The notes beneath the pieces were generated by a model. That model was not told the origin of the DNA, did not search any database, and worked only from the letters and a program-made list of their open reading frames with translations. Shown here one piece after another: positions 10,557-19,909 of a stretch of DNA of 53,206 nt; position 1 is the stretch's first letter, and every line of letters starts with the position of its first letter. Origin of the DNA: Gemmatimonadota bacterium. GTDB taxonomy: Bacteria > 4572-55 > J002. The stretch is from assembly GCA_003697105.1 (NCBI GenBank), contig RFFQ01000185.1:1-53206 (forward strand), written 5' to 3'. Both the position numbers and the translations under genes were made by a program.

Positions 10557-10855
10557 GCGGTCGATCTGAATCGCATGTGCCCATCCGGTCATGTATCTGT
10601 TGCCGCCAAAAGTTCCCAAAATCAATGCTCAACCGGTTTGTGCTGCGCGGGAATCTCATCCAACCCGACCCATCTCACCGGTTGCCCGGACGGGGGGCGT
10701 ACCTATGTAACTTTCCGGCTTGCTGGAAAAAGGCACAACAGACCGGTTTATTTCGACGGGCTTTTCGGGTCCAACCCATGATATTTGATTATAGTGAGTA
10801 TCTTCGATTTTATGAATTCCATATCCACACCACAGAAACTCCTGAATGCGATTAG
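10553..10855 (+). CDS. ylxR: YlxR/DUF448 family RNA-binding protein
   Basis: PIRSCICCR, GRGAYLC motifs; position after nusA. Confidence 0.88.
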   Translation: MSGRSESHVPIRSCICCRQKFPKSMLNRFVLRGNLIQPDPSHRLPGRGAYLCNFPACWKKAQQTGLFRRAFRVQPMIFDYSEYLRFYEFHIHTTETPECD

Positions 10856-11129
10856 CTTGGCGAAAAAAGCCGGCAAATTGGCTGTCGGGTATCAAAACGT
10901 GGTCTATCAGATTAAAAAAAAGCGTGTCCGGTTGGTTATTCTCGCAATAGATGCTTCCGAACGGACACAACAGCGTATTTCCCAGTTACAACATCAGGTT
11001 TCATTTCCAATGATACAAGTATTCACCAAAGACGAGCTCAGTCGTGCCGTTGGTGGGGCAAATCGAACCTGTTTAGGTATCGTGGACGCCAATTTGGCGT
11101 CTCTGATTTTAAAGCTCAATAGGGGGTGA
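10812..11129 (+). CDS. L7Ae/YlxQ family RNA-binding protein
   Basis: LAKKAGKLAVG, LVILAIDAS, ELSRAVG; position before infB. Confidence 0.88.
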   Translation: MNSISTPQKLLNAISLAKKAGKLAVGYQNVVYQIKKKRVRLVILAIDASERTQQRISQLQHQVSFPMIQVFTKDELSRAVGGANRTCLGIVDANLASLILKLNRG

Positions 11130-11133
11130 TGGT

Positions 11134-13713
11134 TTGGCTAAGCATCGTGTCTATGAAGTAGCCCGAAGTTTTGAGATTTCCAGTAATGCACTCCTGCAGA
11201 TTCTCGCCCAGATGGGGGTATCTGTTAAAGGTCACATGAGTGTTATTTCCGAAGATGTGGTGGAGCAGGTCCGGCAGAAACTGGAAGAAGAAAGAGAAGC
11301 CGCCCGGCAACATCTGGAAAAAAAGCGGCGTCTCGCAGAAGAAGATAGTGGTGATAGCGGGGGTACAACCCGCCGCCGTCGCCGCCGTCGTCGTCGCGTT
11401 TCAACCGAAGAGAAAACGCCCAAGTCCACCGAAACGACCGTCCAAGCGGAACATGTCGAGACGGATACGCAATCACCGCCAGCACAACCGGTAGAAATCG
11501 AAAAACCGGTGTCCGCAGACGAAACCGCGCCGGCAGAAGAACCGGTACCGGTACCCGCCTCCGAACCGGTAGTTTCTGCACCAGAGGAGACTCCCTCAGA
11601 TGTTTCGGCAGAAGCTCCCGCTGAGGAACCTGAGGAAAAACCGGAGAAAAAGAATCGCCGTCGCCGCCGCCGTCGTAAACGAAAGGATTCCGAAGGAAAA
11701 GAAGTCTCTTTGCAAGAACCGAAACCGGACGACTCCAGTACAAAAGAGACGAAAACAAAAAAAGATAAAAAAGGCAAAAAAGATAGTAAAAAAAGTGCGA
11801 AAAAAGAAAAAGAGTTAGCCGAAGTAAAGAAAATTCAGCAGCAGATCAAGCAGACTCTTGCGCAGGATACCTCTCCCAAAAAACGTAAATATCGCAAAAA
11901 GCAACAAAACGTGGAGACCGACGTTGAAGATAACGCCCCGGATGTTATCCAAGTAAGTGAATCCTTAGCCGTACTGGATTTAGCGCGATTTCTGGATACC
12001 GACGTCTATGAGTTGATCAACCTCGCCCGGAAGGAGTTGGGGCTGCGCATCACCGCAAATCAGCGCTTGGATGTTGAAACCATTGAGATGATCGCTCTGG
12101 ATTTTGGATTTGAAGTGGAACGGGTTGAGGATTTAAGCACGAAAATCCAGCATCAAGTCGATGATGCCGCTGAAGATGAAGGTAGCGAACCCCGCGCACC
12201 CATTGTGACCATCATGGGTCATGTGGACCATGGCAAAACGTCATTATTGGATTATATTCGGCGGAGCAAAATCACGGAATCAGAATCCGGGGGGATTACC
12301 CAGCATGTTGGGGCGTATGAAGTCGTGACTGAAAACGGCAGAATTACCTTTTTAGACACTCCCGGTCACGAAGCATTCACCGCCATGCGGGCACGGGGTG
12401 CCAATGTAACCGATATCGTGATTTTAGTGGTGGCGGCTGACGATGGGCTGATGCCGCAAACTATCGAAGCCATTGATCACGCCAAAGCCGCAAATGTGCC
12501 CATTATTGTTGCCGTGAACAAAATCGATTTACCGGCAGCGAACCCGGATAAAGTCCGCTCGCAATTGGCAGAACGCGGACTTATCCCCGAAGAATGGGGC
12601 GGTGACACGATCGTCGTCAATGTCTCTGCACATACCGGTGAAGGTGTCGATAAGTTGCTGGAAATGGTCTCGCTCCAAGCTGAAATCATGGAACTTAAAG
12701 CGAACCCGAACCGGGATGCCGTCGGGGTTGTTGTTGAGTCCCGTTTAGACCCCGGAAAAGGCGCCGTGGTGACGGTATTGGTGCAACAAGGGACCCTGAA
12801 AATCCGGGATAGCTTTGTCACCGGCATCTACAACGGCCGGGTGCGGGCAATGAAAGATGATCAAGGGAATGATATTAAAGAAGCCGGACCCTCAAAACCG
12901 GTCGTTATTTATGGTGGTCTCGCTGGATTACCCAATGCGGGGGATTCGCTCGTCGTAGTGCCCTCTGAAAAGAAGGCGAAGGAAATTGCCCAGCAACGGC
13001 AACAATTGAAACGTCAACAAGACCTTCAAGACCGGCAAAAATCGCGGATGAGCCTCACCGATTTTTACTCCTCACTGAAAAAAGGTGAAGTCAAAACGTT
13101 AAAAATGGTGGTTAAAGCCGATGTTAATGGGTCGGTTGAAGCCTTGAGCGATTCTTTGTTGCGCTTGACCAATGACGAAGTGGAAATTGAAATCCTTCAC
13201 AAAGGTGTTGGTGCGATCTCCGAAAATGATGTGATGCTGGCATCTGCCTCCGATGCGATTATTATCGGCTTCCACGTGGATGCGGAAAGCAACAGAGTGT
13301 TGGATTTGATCAAACGTGAGGGGTTGGATTTTCGCCGGTATGAGGTGATTTATGAGTTGATCGATGATGTTCGGGCGGCGATGGAAGGGCTGTTAGAGCC
13401 GGATATCGAAGAACGCCGTTTGGGTGTCGCAGAGGTTCGCGCGGTTTTCCGAATCTCACGCACCGGTACCATCGCCGGATGTTACGTACTGGAAGGCACC
13501 ATCCGCCGCGACCGGATGGCGCGCTTGTGGCGGGGTAATGAAGTGGTCTATGAAGGTAAAATCGACTCGCTCAAGCGATTCAAAGAAGATGTCCGCGAAG
13601 TGCAACAAGGCTATGAATGCGGGATCGGTTTGCTGGATTACAACGCCATTGAAGAGGGAGACCGCATCGAAGCTTACGAAGTGGTTGAGGTCAGTCGTAA
13701 ATTAGAGGGATAG
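11134..13713 (+). CDS. infB: Translation initiation factor IF-2
   Basis: RVYEVA N-domain, [52 protein letters not shown] start after GGGGTG. Confidence 0.99.
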   Translation: MAKHRVYEVARSFEISSNALLQILAQMGVSVKGHMSVISEDVVEQVRQKLEEEREAARQHLEKKRRLAEEDSGDSGGTTRRRRRRRRRVSTEEKTPKSTETTVQAEHVETDTQSPPAQPVEIEKPVSADETAPAEEPVPVPASEPVVSAPEETPSDVSAEAPAEEPEEKPEKKNRRRRRRRKRKDSEGKEVSLQEPKPDDSSTKETKTKKDKKGKKDSKKSAKKEKELAEVKKIQQQIKQTLAQDTSPKKRKYRKKQQNVETDVEDNAPDVIQVSESLAVLDLARFLDTDVYELINLARKELGLRITANQRLDVETIEMIALDFGFEVERVEDLSTKIQHQVDDAAEDEGSEPRAPIVTIMGHVDHGKTSLLDYIRRSKITESESGGITQHVGAYEVVTENGRITFLDTPGHEAFTAMRARGANVTDIVILVVAADDGLMPQTIEAIDHAKAANVPIIVAVNKIDLPAANPDKVRSQLAERGLIPEEWGGDTIVVNVSAHTGEGVDKLLEMVSLQAEIMELKANPNRDAVGVVVESRLDPGKGAVVTVLVQQGTLKIRDSFVTGIYNGRVRAMKDDQGNDIKEAGPSKPVVIYGGLAGLPNAGDSLVVVPSEKKAKEIAQQRQQLKRQQDLQDRQKSRMSLTDFYSSLKKGEVKTLKMVVKADVNGSVEALSDSLLRLTNDEVEIEILHKGVGAISENDVMLASASDAIIIGFHVDAESNRVLDLIKREGLDFRRYEVIYELIDDVRAAMEGLLEPDIEERRLGVAEVRAVFRISRTGTIAGCYVLEGTIRRDRMARLWRGNEVVYEGKIDSLKRFKEDVREVQQGYECGIGLLDYNAIEEGDRIEAYEVVEVSRKLEG

Positions 13714-13717
13714 TCTG

Positions 13718-13999
13718 ATGATTGTTGGCACATGTGAGATCGAATGCTTTTTGCCGGTAAGCCAATCCCTCAAGGACAAACGGCATGTTCTAAAAAGCCT
13801 GAAGACTCGCATTCGCAATAAATTTAATGTCTCTGTGAGTGAAATTGGTGAAAAAAACCTGTGGCAACGGGCGACATTAGCAATTGCGATTGTGGGGGAT
13901 GATACTCGATTTTTGCAAAAAGTGCTCAGTCAGGTATTACAGTTAGTTGAACGGGAAACCTATCTTGAAATCATTGATTCGTATATTGATATTAGCTGA
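13718..13999 (+). CDS. DUF503 (YlxP) family protein
   Basis: SLKDKR..LKSLK.RIRNKFNVSVSE, LWQR; position between infB and rbfA. Confidence 0.9.
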   Translation: MIVGTCEIECFLPVSQSLKDKRHVLKSLKTRIRNKFNVSVSEIGEKNLWQRATLAIAIVGDDTRFLQKVLSQVLQLVERETYLEIIDSYIDIS

Positions 14000-14007
14000 G
14001 ATGTCTC

Positions 14008-14379
14008 ATGCGATCTTATAACCAAGAACGTATCAACGATCTATTGCGTGAAGCAATCGGACAAATTGTGGATCGAGATGTCAAAGACCCTCGCATCCAT
14101 TTTGTGACGATTACCCGCGTGGAAACCAGCGTGGACCGGCGTTACGCCACTATATTTTTCAGCATTTTAGGCGGTGAGGACGAACGGGATAACACCTTGA
14201 CAGGACTGAAAAATGCAACTCCCTATATCCGTACCCGGTTGGCAAATATGGTTTCGTTGCGCCGAATTCCGGAACTCCGCTTTAAGTATGATCGCAATAT
14301 CGAATATAGTGCCCATATCAGCCAATTATTAAATCAGATTAAATCGGAACGTGTGTCAGATGAGGAACGTGATGGATAA
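14008..14379 (+). CDS. rbfA: Ribosome-binding factor A
   Basis: VKDPRI, VTITRVE, LRRIPELRFKYD. Confidence 0.96.
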   Translation: MRSYNQERINDLLREAIGQIVDRDVKDPRIHFVTITRVETSVDRRYATIFFSILGGEDERDNTLTGLKNATPYIRTRLANMVSLRRIPELRFKYDRNIEYSAHISQLLNQIKSERVSDEERDG

Positions 14380-15334
14380 TCAGGCTATTGTTGAGTTGAT
14401 CCAAAATGAAGATTATTTTTTGATCACATCTCATGTAGACCCTGATGGTGATAACATCGCTTCCCAACTCGGTTTATTATCTATTTTTAAGGAGTTGGGC
14501 AAACACGCGGTGATCGTGGACCAAGATGCAACTCCCGTCGCCTACCAATTTTTACTCAATGACGATGTCATCTATCACCAATTGCCCCCTGATACACGCT
14601 ATGACTACAGTTTTGTGCTGGATGCCGCAAATTTAGACCGGGTGGGTGACTCCGTAGTGGCGCTCATCCAGCAGGGTAACGGGGTGATCAATATTGACCA
14701 CCATACCAGCAATACCCGGTTTGGTACCTACAACTGGGTGGAACCGGAAGCATGTGCCACGGCTATCGTCGTTTACAAACTGGCAAAAGCGTTGGGCGTG
14801 ACATTGACCCCCGAAATGGCGACCCGCTTATATGCCGGCATTATCACCGATACCGGTCGATTTCGATATACCAATACTACATTGGAAACATTTGAAGTCT
14901 CCGCTGATTTGGTGCGCCACGGCGCAAATCCGAGTTATGTGGCCACCCAAATTTATGATCAAGAACCCATTTCAAAATTGCGTTTATTAGTCAAGGTGCT
15001 CTCCAGCTTACAATCGGCAGCGGATGGGAAAATCCACTGGCTTCAAATCACCAAATCCTGCTATGATGAGACCGGCTCCAATGTGTATGAGAGCGAAAAC
15101 ATGATCAATTATGCTACCTCCATCAAAGGCACTAAATTAGCCATTTTGTTCCGTGAGATGGAAAATTCGGATCGAATTCGGGTAAGTTTTCGTTCCAAAG
15201 GGTTCGTCAATGTGGATAAACTGGCACAATGCTTTGGCGGGGGAGGTCATGCGGCGGCTGCCGGGGCACGGATCCCCGGTACATTGGCTGAAGTCCAACA
15301 AAAAGTATTAACTGAAGCGTGTAAATGGGTGTAA
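14372..15334 (+). CDS. nrnA: DHH/DHHA1 phosphoesterase (NrnA-type nanoRNase/pAp phosphatase)
   Basis: SHVDPDGD, IDHH, GIITDTGRF, VSFRSK, GGGGHAAAAGA. Confidence 0.9.
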   Translation: MDNQAIVELIQNEDYFLITSHVDPDGDNIASQLGLLSIFKELGKHAVIVDQDATPVAYQFLLNDDVIYHQLPPDTRYDYSFVLDAANLDRVGDSVVALIQQGNGVINIDHHTSNTRFGTYNWVEPEACATAIVVYKLAKALGVTLTPEMATRLYAGIITDTGRFRYTNTTLETFEVSADLVRHGANPSYVATQIYDQEPISKLRLLVKVLSSLQSAADGKIHWLQITKSCYDETGSNVYESENMINYATSIKGTKLAILFREMENSDRIRVSFRSKGFVNVDKLAQCFGGGGHAAAAGARIPGTLAEVQQKVLTEACKWV

Positions 15335-15338
15335 AGAC

Positions 15339-16652
15339 ATGAATCGATTAGGGTTGCTGGTTATCGGGTTATGGCTCCTGGGGGGAAGCGTTACCCCCCT
15401 CTATGCGGTACCGGTGGATCGAATTGTAGCCGTAGTGGATGATGACGTCATCTTGTTAAGTGAATTGGAACAACAGCTCGAAATTTACGCCGCCCAATTT
15501 CAAATCCCGCTCTCCGATACCCAACGGATTCAGAGCCTCCGTCAGGAATTGCTCGAAGGCATGATCAATGACAAGATTGCCGTACGGGTTGCCCGCGAAG
15601 ATGAAGACATATCGGTTAGTGCCACTGAAATTGAAGATGCCCTAGAATCCGCTCTGGCAGATATTAAAAGTCGATTCACCTCGGAGGAGGATTTTGAACT
15701 GGCTCTGGCTGAGGAAGGAACCAGCCTCGACGAACTTCGGGAAAAATATCGCGTCGAAGTTGAAGATCAACTCTATAAATCCAAGCTAATCAGTACCAAA
15801 ATTCGGGCAAATGTGAAAGTTACCCAAGCCGATTTGCAAAAATTCTACGAGGAAAATAAAGATAAATTTCCAACCGAAACGCCTACGGAAGTCACAGTTG
15901 CCCATATCTTGTTTCTGATTAAACCGGCAACGGATATCATCGAACAAAAACGGCAAGAATTAAATCAAATCCGAACCCGAATTCTGAATGGAGAAGATTT
16001 TGCCACTTTAGCCGAAGAATATTCCGAAGACCCCGGTTCCCGGATGCGAGGTGGGGACTTAGGCTTTTTCTCGCGGGGTTCTATGGTCAAAGAATTTGAA
16101 GATGTTGTGTTTTCGCTTGATGCCGGTGAAATCAGCGATATTGTGGAAACCCGCTTTGGCTTGCACATCATTAAAGTGGAAGAAAAAGTAGAAAATGAAG
16201 ACCGTGTTCGGGCACGGCATATTCTCCTGCGGGTTGCTCCTACAGAATCCGATGTGGAACGAACCCGCGCCCTTGCCCAAAGTGTGCGCGATAGCCTCCT
16301 AAACGGCGCTGATTTTACCGAAATGGTACATCGCTATTCTGGTGACGCCAATACAATGGATAAAGATGGAGTGATGGGTACGTTTCCGTTGAACGAACTT
16401 GATGAGGTGTACCAAATCGCGTTGAAGGATGTAGGTGAAGGCGAGTACAGCGAAATCACCCAATCCGAGTATGGACTCCATATTTTTAAAGTCTTAGAAC
16501 GGAAAGACCCGGCTCCGGTGACGTTTGAGGATATTGCCAGCCGAATTGAACCGATGGTGCAACAACAAAAAATGGCAGAAGCCTATGATAAATGGATTCA
16601 AAAACACCGGAAAGATTACTACATTGAAAACCGGTTAGAATCATTACAATAA
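15339..16652 (+). CDS. surA: SurA-type periplasmic chaperone / parvulin PPIase (two PpiC domains)
   Basis: Signal peptide, VDRIVAVVDDDVILLSE, FATLAEEYSEDPGS..GGDLGFF, TRFGLHIIKV and a second rotamase domain. Confidence 0.88.
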   Translation: MNRLGLLVIGLWLLGGSVTPLYAVPVDRIVAVVDDDVILLSELEQQLEIYAAQFQIPLSDTQRIQSLRQELLEGMINDKIAVRVAREDEDISVSATEIEDALESALADIKSRFTSEEDFELALAEEGTSLDELREKYRVEVEDQLYKSKLISTKIRANVKVTQADLQKFYEENKDKFPTETPTEVTVAHILFLIKPATDIIEQKRQELNQIRTRILNGEDFATLAEEYSEDPGSRMRGGDLGFFSRGSMVKEFEDVVFSLDAGEISDIVETRFGLHIIKVEEKVENEDRVRARHILLRVAPTESDVERTRALAQSVRDSLLNGADFTEMVHRYSGDANTMDKDGVMGTFPLNELDEVYQIALKDVGEGEYSEITQSEYGLHIFKVLERKDPAPVTFEDIASRIEPMVQQQKMAEAYDKWIQKHRKDYYIENRLESLQ

Positions 16653-16829
16653 CTAGAATCTCAGGTTATCTACGCCTTAAACTGCTTTATTATCAAATAC
16701 CATATTGCCCCTTGAATGTTTTTTACCGGATAGACACCCCCCGGATTCTGGTATAGATGTCCCCGCAAGTTTGTGCGGTGTTGCCATCCTCCTTGCATCC
16801 ACTTAAGGTATTATTTATAAGGTAATTAT

Positions 16830-16870
16830 AAAAAAACAGACCTTCCTGAATAAGGAAGGTCTGTTTTTTT
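16830..16870. terminator. Bidirectional intrinsic terminator
   Basis: A7-CAGACCTTCCT-gaata-AGGAAGGTCTG-T7, lying between the convergent surA and menH units. Confidence 0.85.
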
Positions 16871-16889
16871 AACCGGTTGAGTTCAAATT

Positions 16890-17147
16890 ATGACTAAAAT
16901 AACTAGAGAAGCCGTGCTTCACGGGTTGGAAGGCATAAAAAAAGAGCCATTGGGGCATTCCCAAAGGGATCAATGGCTGGAAAAATGGTCAATATCCTCG
17001 CCATTGCGGTTGTCTGGGCACTCAAAGTCGGCGAATGGAAACAGAAACGGGAGCCCATTAAAATCAAAAAACACGGTTGAGCTGAGATCCGTTTATTTCG
17101 ATATGGGCTTGATGAATGACAATCAATCATTGCCTATATACATCTGA
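16890..17147 (+). other. Small orphan ORF, possibly a gene remnant
   Basis: 85-aa ATG ORF in an AT-richer intergenic stretch with no recognisable complete domain. Confidence 0.25.
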
Positions 17148-17289
17148 AACCCATTGAATTCAAAAGAGTTATTACACTTTTGACGTGTACTTAGGCTATC
17201 ATTGGTGCAGAAAGACTTGTGAAAAATGAACCGCCGTATTCTTAGGAAGAAGTGCTATTTTTGTAAAGATAATTGGAATACGTCGAATT

Positions 17290-18081
17290 TTACGGAGGGG
17301 AACAAAGTGCAGCGCGCAGTATATGGAGGAACTCCGCCGGATTTTCCACATGCACATTATGCCCGCACGTTGGCACCAACCGGTGCACCGCTTGAGGGTT
17401 CCGGGTGACCATCTCTTGAGCAATGTGACTAAATTTGGAATCACGTCCCCCCGTGATAAGGACGGTTTTACCTCGATATGCCGCCCATTTTTCCCAAAGT
17501 GAGGGCTGAACGCCGGTGCCCATCTCCCGCAAAGATTTTGCCAGTAGGTGGGGCTGATTTTGTAACTTTTTTGCCCGAATCTCGTTAAACCGGGGGTGTT
17601 CTCGTAAACTGTCCCATAATGGAAGGTGGTACCATTCGGTTAAAAATTGAGTAAAATCGATGGTTTCCAACTTCTGGGCAAGATGCGCGTCGTGTGCGCG
17701 TCGTTGGTGGCGTTCTGCAGCGGTTTTTAAGCCCGGCGATGCGGACTCTAACACCAGTGTTTTTACGCGGTGAAGGTGATGAAGTGCCACGTATAGCGCC
17801 AAACGCCCGCCCATGGAGTAGCCGGCTAAATGAACGGCAGGTAAGCCTAAGGTGTCCAGCAGGTTGACCAGCAACTTGGTGCTGTTTTCCATTGTAAAGA
17901 GGTGATGATCGTCCAATGTTGTCTGACCGTGTCCCGGTAGATCGACCATCACACCGTAAAAATTATCTGCTAATTGGGTGCTGATGTCCCGCCAATCTGT
18001 CCCTCGCCCCATGAATCCGTGTAAAAAAAGGATCGCGGGGTTATTGGGGTTGCCAGTGGTGTCGTAGTAAAGGGTGCTCAT
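17290..18081 (-). CDS. menH: SHCHC synthase (alpha/beta hydrolase)
   Basis: LFLHGFMG, GYSMGGR, ESASPGL, GHNVHVENP; overlaps the menD stop (ATGA). Confidence 0.93.
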   Translation of the reverse strand: MSTLYYDTTGNPNNPAILFLHGFMGRGTDWRDISTQLADNFYGVMVDLPGHGQTTLDDHHLFTMENSTKLLVNLLDTLGLPAVHLAGYSMGGRLALYVALHHLHRVKTLVLESASPGLKTAAERHQRRAHDAHLAQKLETIDFTQFLTEWYHLPLWDSLREHPRFNEIRAKKLQNQPHLLAKSLREMGTGVQPSLWEKWAAYRGKTVLITGGRDSKFSHIAQEMVTRNPQAVHRLVPTCGHNVHVENPAEFLHILRAALCSPP

Positions 18082-19811
18082 GAGGTAAGGTGGCTGATGA
18101 TGCTGGCTTGTAATTGCCGGTGTAAGGCGACATTTTCCGCACGTGTGGTGCGGACTTCGATCACGGTTGATTGTCCCTGTTTTAGGGCGTTTTGGTAGCA
18201 GGTGATAAATTCCGGCCGGGTGCGGGGGTGTTGGTAGCGTAAGCCGAAATTTTCACTAACGTGCCGGAACGTCAGGTGGTGGGGTGTTCCAAAATAGGGT
18301 TCAAACACGTCGGGATGGTTCGCGATGGGCAAAAAGGAGAAAATACCTCCGCCCTGATTATTGATTAAGATAATGATCACGGGTTGGCGCAACCGGTCGA
18401 TCAAACTGAGTGAATTTAGGTCATGCAAAAATGCCAAATCTCCTGTGATCAGCGTCACCGGCGCCTCCAAACCGGCGGAGAATCCGGTGGCGCTGGCGAT
18501 TGTCCCATCGATGCCGCTTGCACCGCGGTTTGCGGCAATTCGCACCGGAACACCATCCGTGGTGGCGTACATGTCGAGGTCACGGATGGGCATGGAACTG
18601 CTCACAAACAGCCCGTGTCCGGCAGGTATATACCGGCTGATAAGATGCGCTACCATAATTTCATTGAGGGATTCCTGATTTGCCACAAATTGATCTAGAA
18701 TCACTTTTACTCGCTCTGATTGGGTTTTCCAGTGGGATGAGTCGTTTTGGGGCGCGATTCTTGAGATGATATGTTCGCAAAATGCGATCAGATCACACTC
18801 GATCCGGTGCGTGACGTGGTGGGTGGGATCGTGGCGGAAGGGGTGGGGTTTCACCACGATCCGGTGTTGGGGTGGTGACGCCTCCAAAAATTGCGCCAAT
18901 CGCTTGGAGGTGAATTCACCTCCCAGATGTAAAACGAGATCGGGTGGGGGTTGCTCGATGAGTAATTGTTGATCCACATAGGGTATGATATGCTCCGAAC
19001 GAACACCCCATCGCAATCCGGAAAGCACATCGACAACAGCCGGCAGACGGAGATGCTCGATCAATGTTAAGACGGCTTTTTGTTCGTCTGGTTTGGAGAG
19101 CCGCCCGACGATAATCAACGGCTGTTTGGCATTACAAATGTGTGCGCTAACCGCACACTGTGGTGCCTCGGGGGGCACCATTTGGGGCGGATCATAGCGT
19201 GTGTACGGGGTAGTTGTGGATTGCCAGCGGGTTAAGCCCTCAAGGTACGCGGCGGGAACGGGTTCGGTTTGGGGGGCAAGTGGTTCGCGGAACATGCAAT
19301 TCAGATGCACCGGTCCTGCCGGCGGTCGATGGGCACGGTACACCGCTTGGTCAATGGTGGTTAACACCATTTGCGGGGGGATGTGGATGTCTGGGCAGGG
19401 TAAATCAAACTGCCAGCGCACTCGATCACCAAACATTGCTGGTTGGCGGATGGTCTGGTTCGCCCCCGTTTCGCGCAATTCGGGAGGGCGATCGGCGGAG
19501 AAAATCAATAAGGGTACGGTATCCACATCTGCTTCCACCACGGCCGGCAGGTAGTTTGCCGCAGCAGTACCGGAGGTGCAGATCAACACCGCAGATGTTC
19601 CGGTGGCACGGGCATATCCCAAGGCATGGAACGCCGCGGATCGTTCATCATAAGCGAGAATTGCGGTGGTGTGCGGATGTTTGGCAACCGCTACCGTCAA
19701 CGGCGTGGAACGCGATCCCGGCGAAATACAAAAGTACCGGATTCCCGTACGGAGCAGCTCTTCCACCAGCAGAGAAGCCCAGACTGTATTGAAAGAGGTG
19801 GTATCAATCAT
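18078..19811 (-). CDS. menD: SEPHCHC synthase (ThDP-dependent)
   Basis: CISPGSRSTPL, DERSAAF, TSGTAAAN, ADRPPEL, NRGASGIDG, GDLAFLHDLN, NNQGGGIF. Confidence 0.97.
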   Translation of the reverse strand: MIDTTSFNTVWASLLVEELLRTGIRYFCISPGSRSTPLTVAVAKHPHTTAILAYDERSAAFHALGYARATGTSAVLICTSGTAAANYLPAVVEADVDTVPLLIFSADRPPELRETGANQTIRQPAMFGDRVRWQFDLPCPDIHIPPQMVLTTIDQAVYRAHRPPAGPVHLNCMFREPLAPQTEPVPAAYLEGLTRWQSTTTPYTRYDPPQMVPPEAPQCAVSAHICNAKQPLIIVGRLSKPDEQKAVLTLIEHLRLPAVVDVLSGLRWGVRSEHIIPYVDQQLLIEQPPPDLVLHLGGEFTSKRLAQFLEASPPQHRIVVKPHPFRHDPTHHVTHRIECDLIAFCEHIISRIAPQNDSSHWKTQSERVKVILDQFVANQESLNEIMVAHLISRYIPAGHGLFVSSSMPIRDLDMYATTDGVPVRIAANRGASGIDGTIASATGFSAGLEAPVTLITGDLAFLHDLNSLSLIDRLRQPVIIILINNQGGGIFSFLPIANHPDVFEPYFGTPHHLTFRHVSENFGLRYQHPRTRPEFITCYQNALKQGQSTVIEVRTTRAENVALHRQLQASIISHLTS

Positions 19812-19909
19812 TTTCACATCCCATTTGACCGAGTATGGAAACACCGCCAAGAGAACGTTGGGGGATGCTCTTGGCGGTGCGGGTTTTTGTGGTTGGGATT
19901 ATTTTGGAT

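Noticed and set aside
11370-11690. Two poly-Arg runs and Pro/Glu-rich repeats in IF-2, and the acidic NusA tail
   Set aside because: Low-complexity linkers are common in IF-2 N-termini and NusA C-termini
9962-11777. Long antisense or alternative-frame ORFs (e.g. 9962-10576, 11232-11777, also 19214-19792, 27795-28412, 40702-41250)
   Set aside because: They are shadows of well-supported genes, often opposite low-complexity regions, and have no recognisable motifs
15334-15339. truB/ribF missing after rbfA-DHH, with surA in their place
   Set aside because: Ordinary operon rearrangement with no sign of a remnant or insertion
16780-16800. TGCCATCCTCCTTGCA, near-match to the sigma54 consensus
   Set aside because: The invariant GG is GC, and a terminator follows immediately
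16690-16800. Minus-strand mini-ORF after AAGGAGG, or an sRNA between surA and the terminator
   Set aside because: The Shine-Dalgarno-like sequence abuts the ATG with no spacer, the ORF is about 30 codons, and I recognise no RNA family
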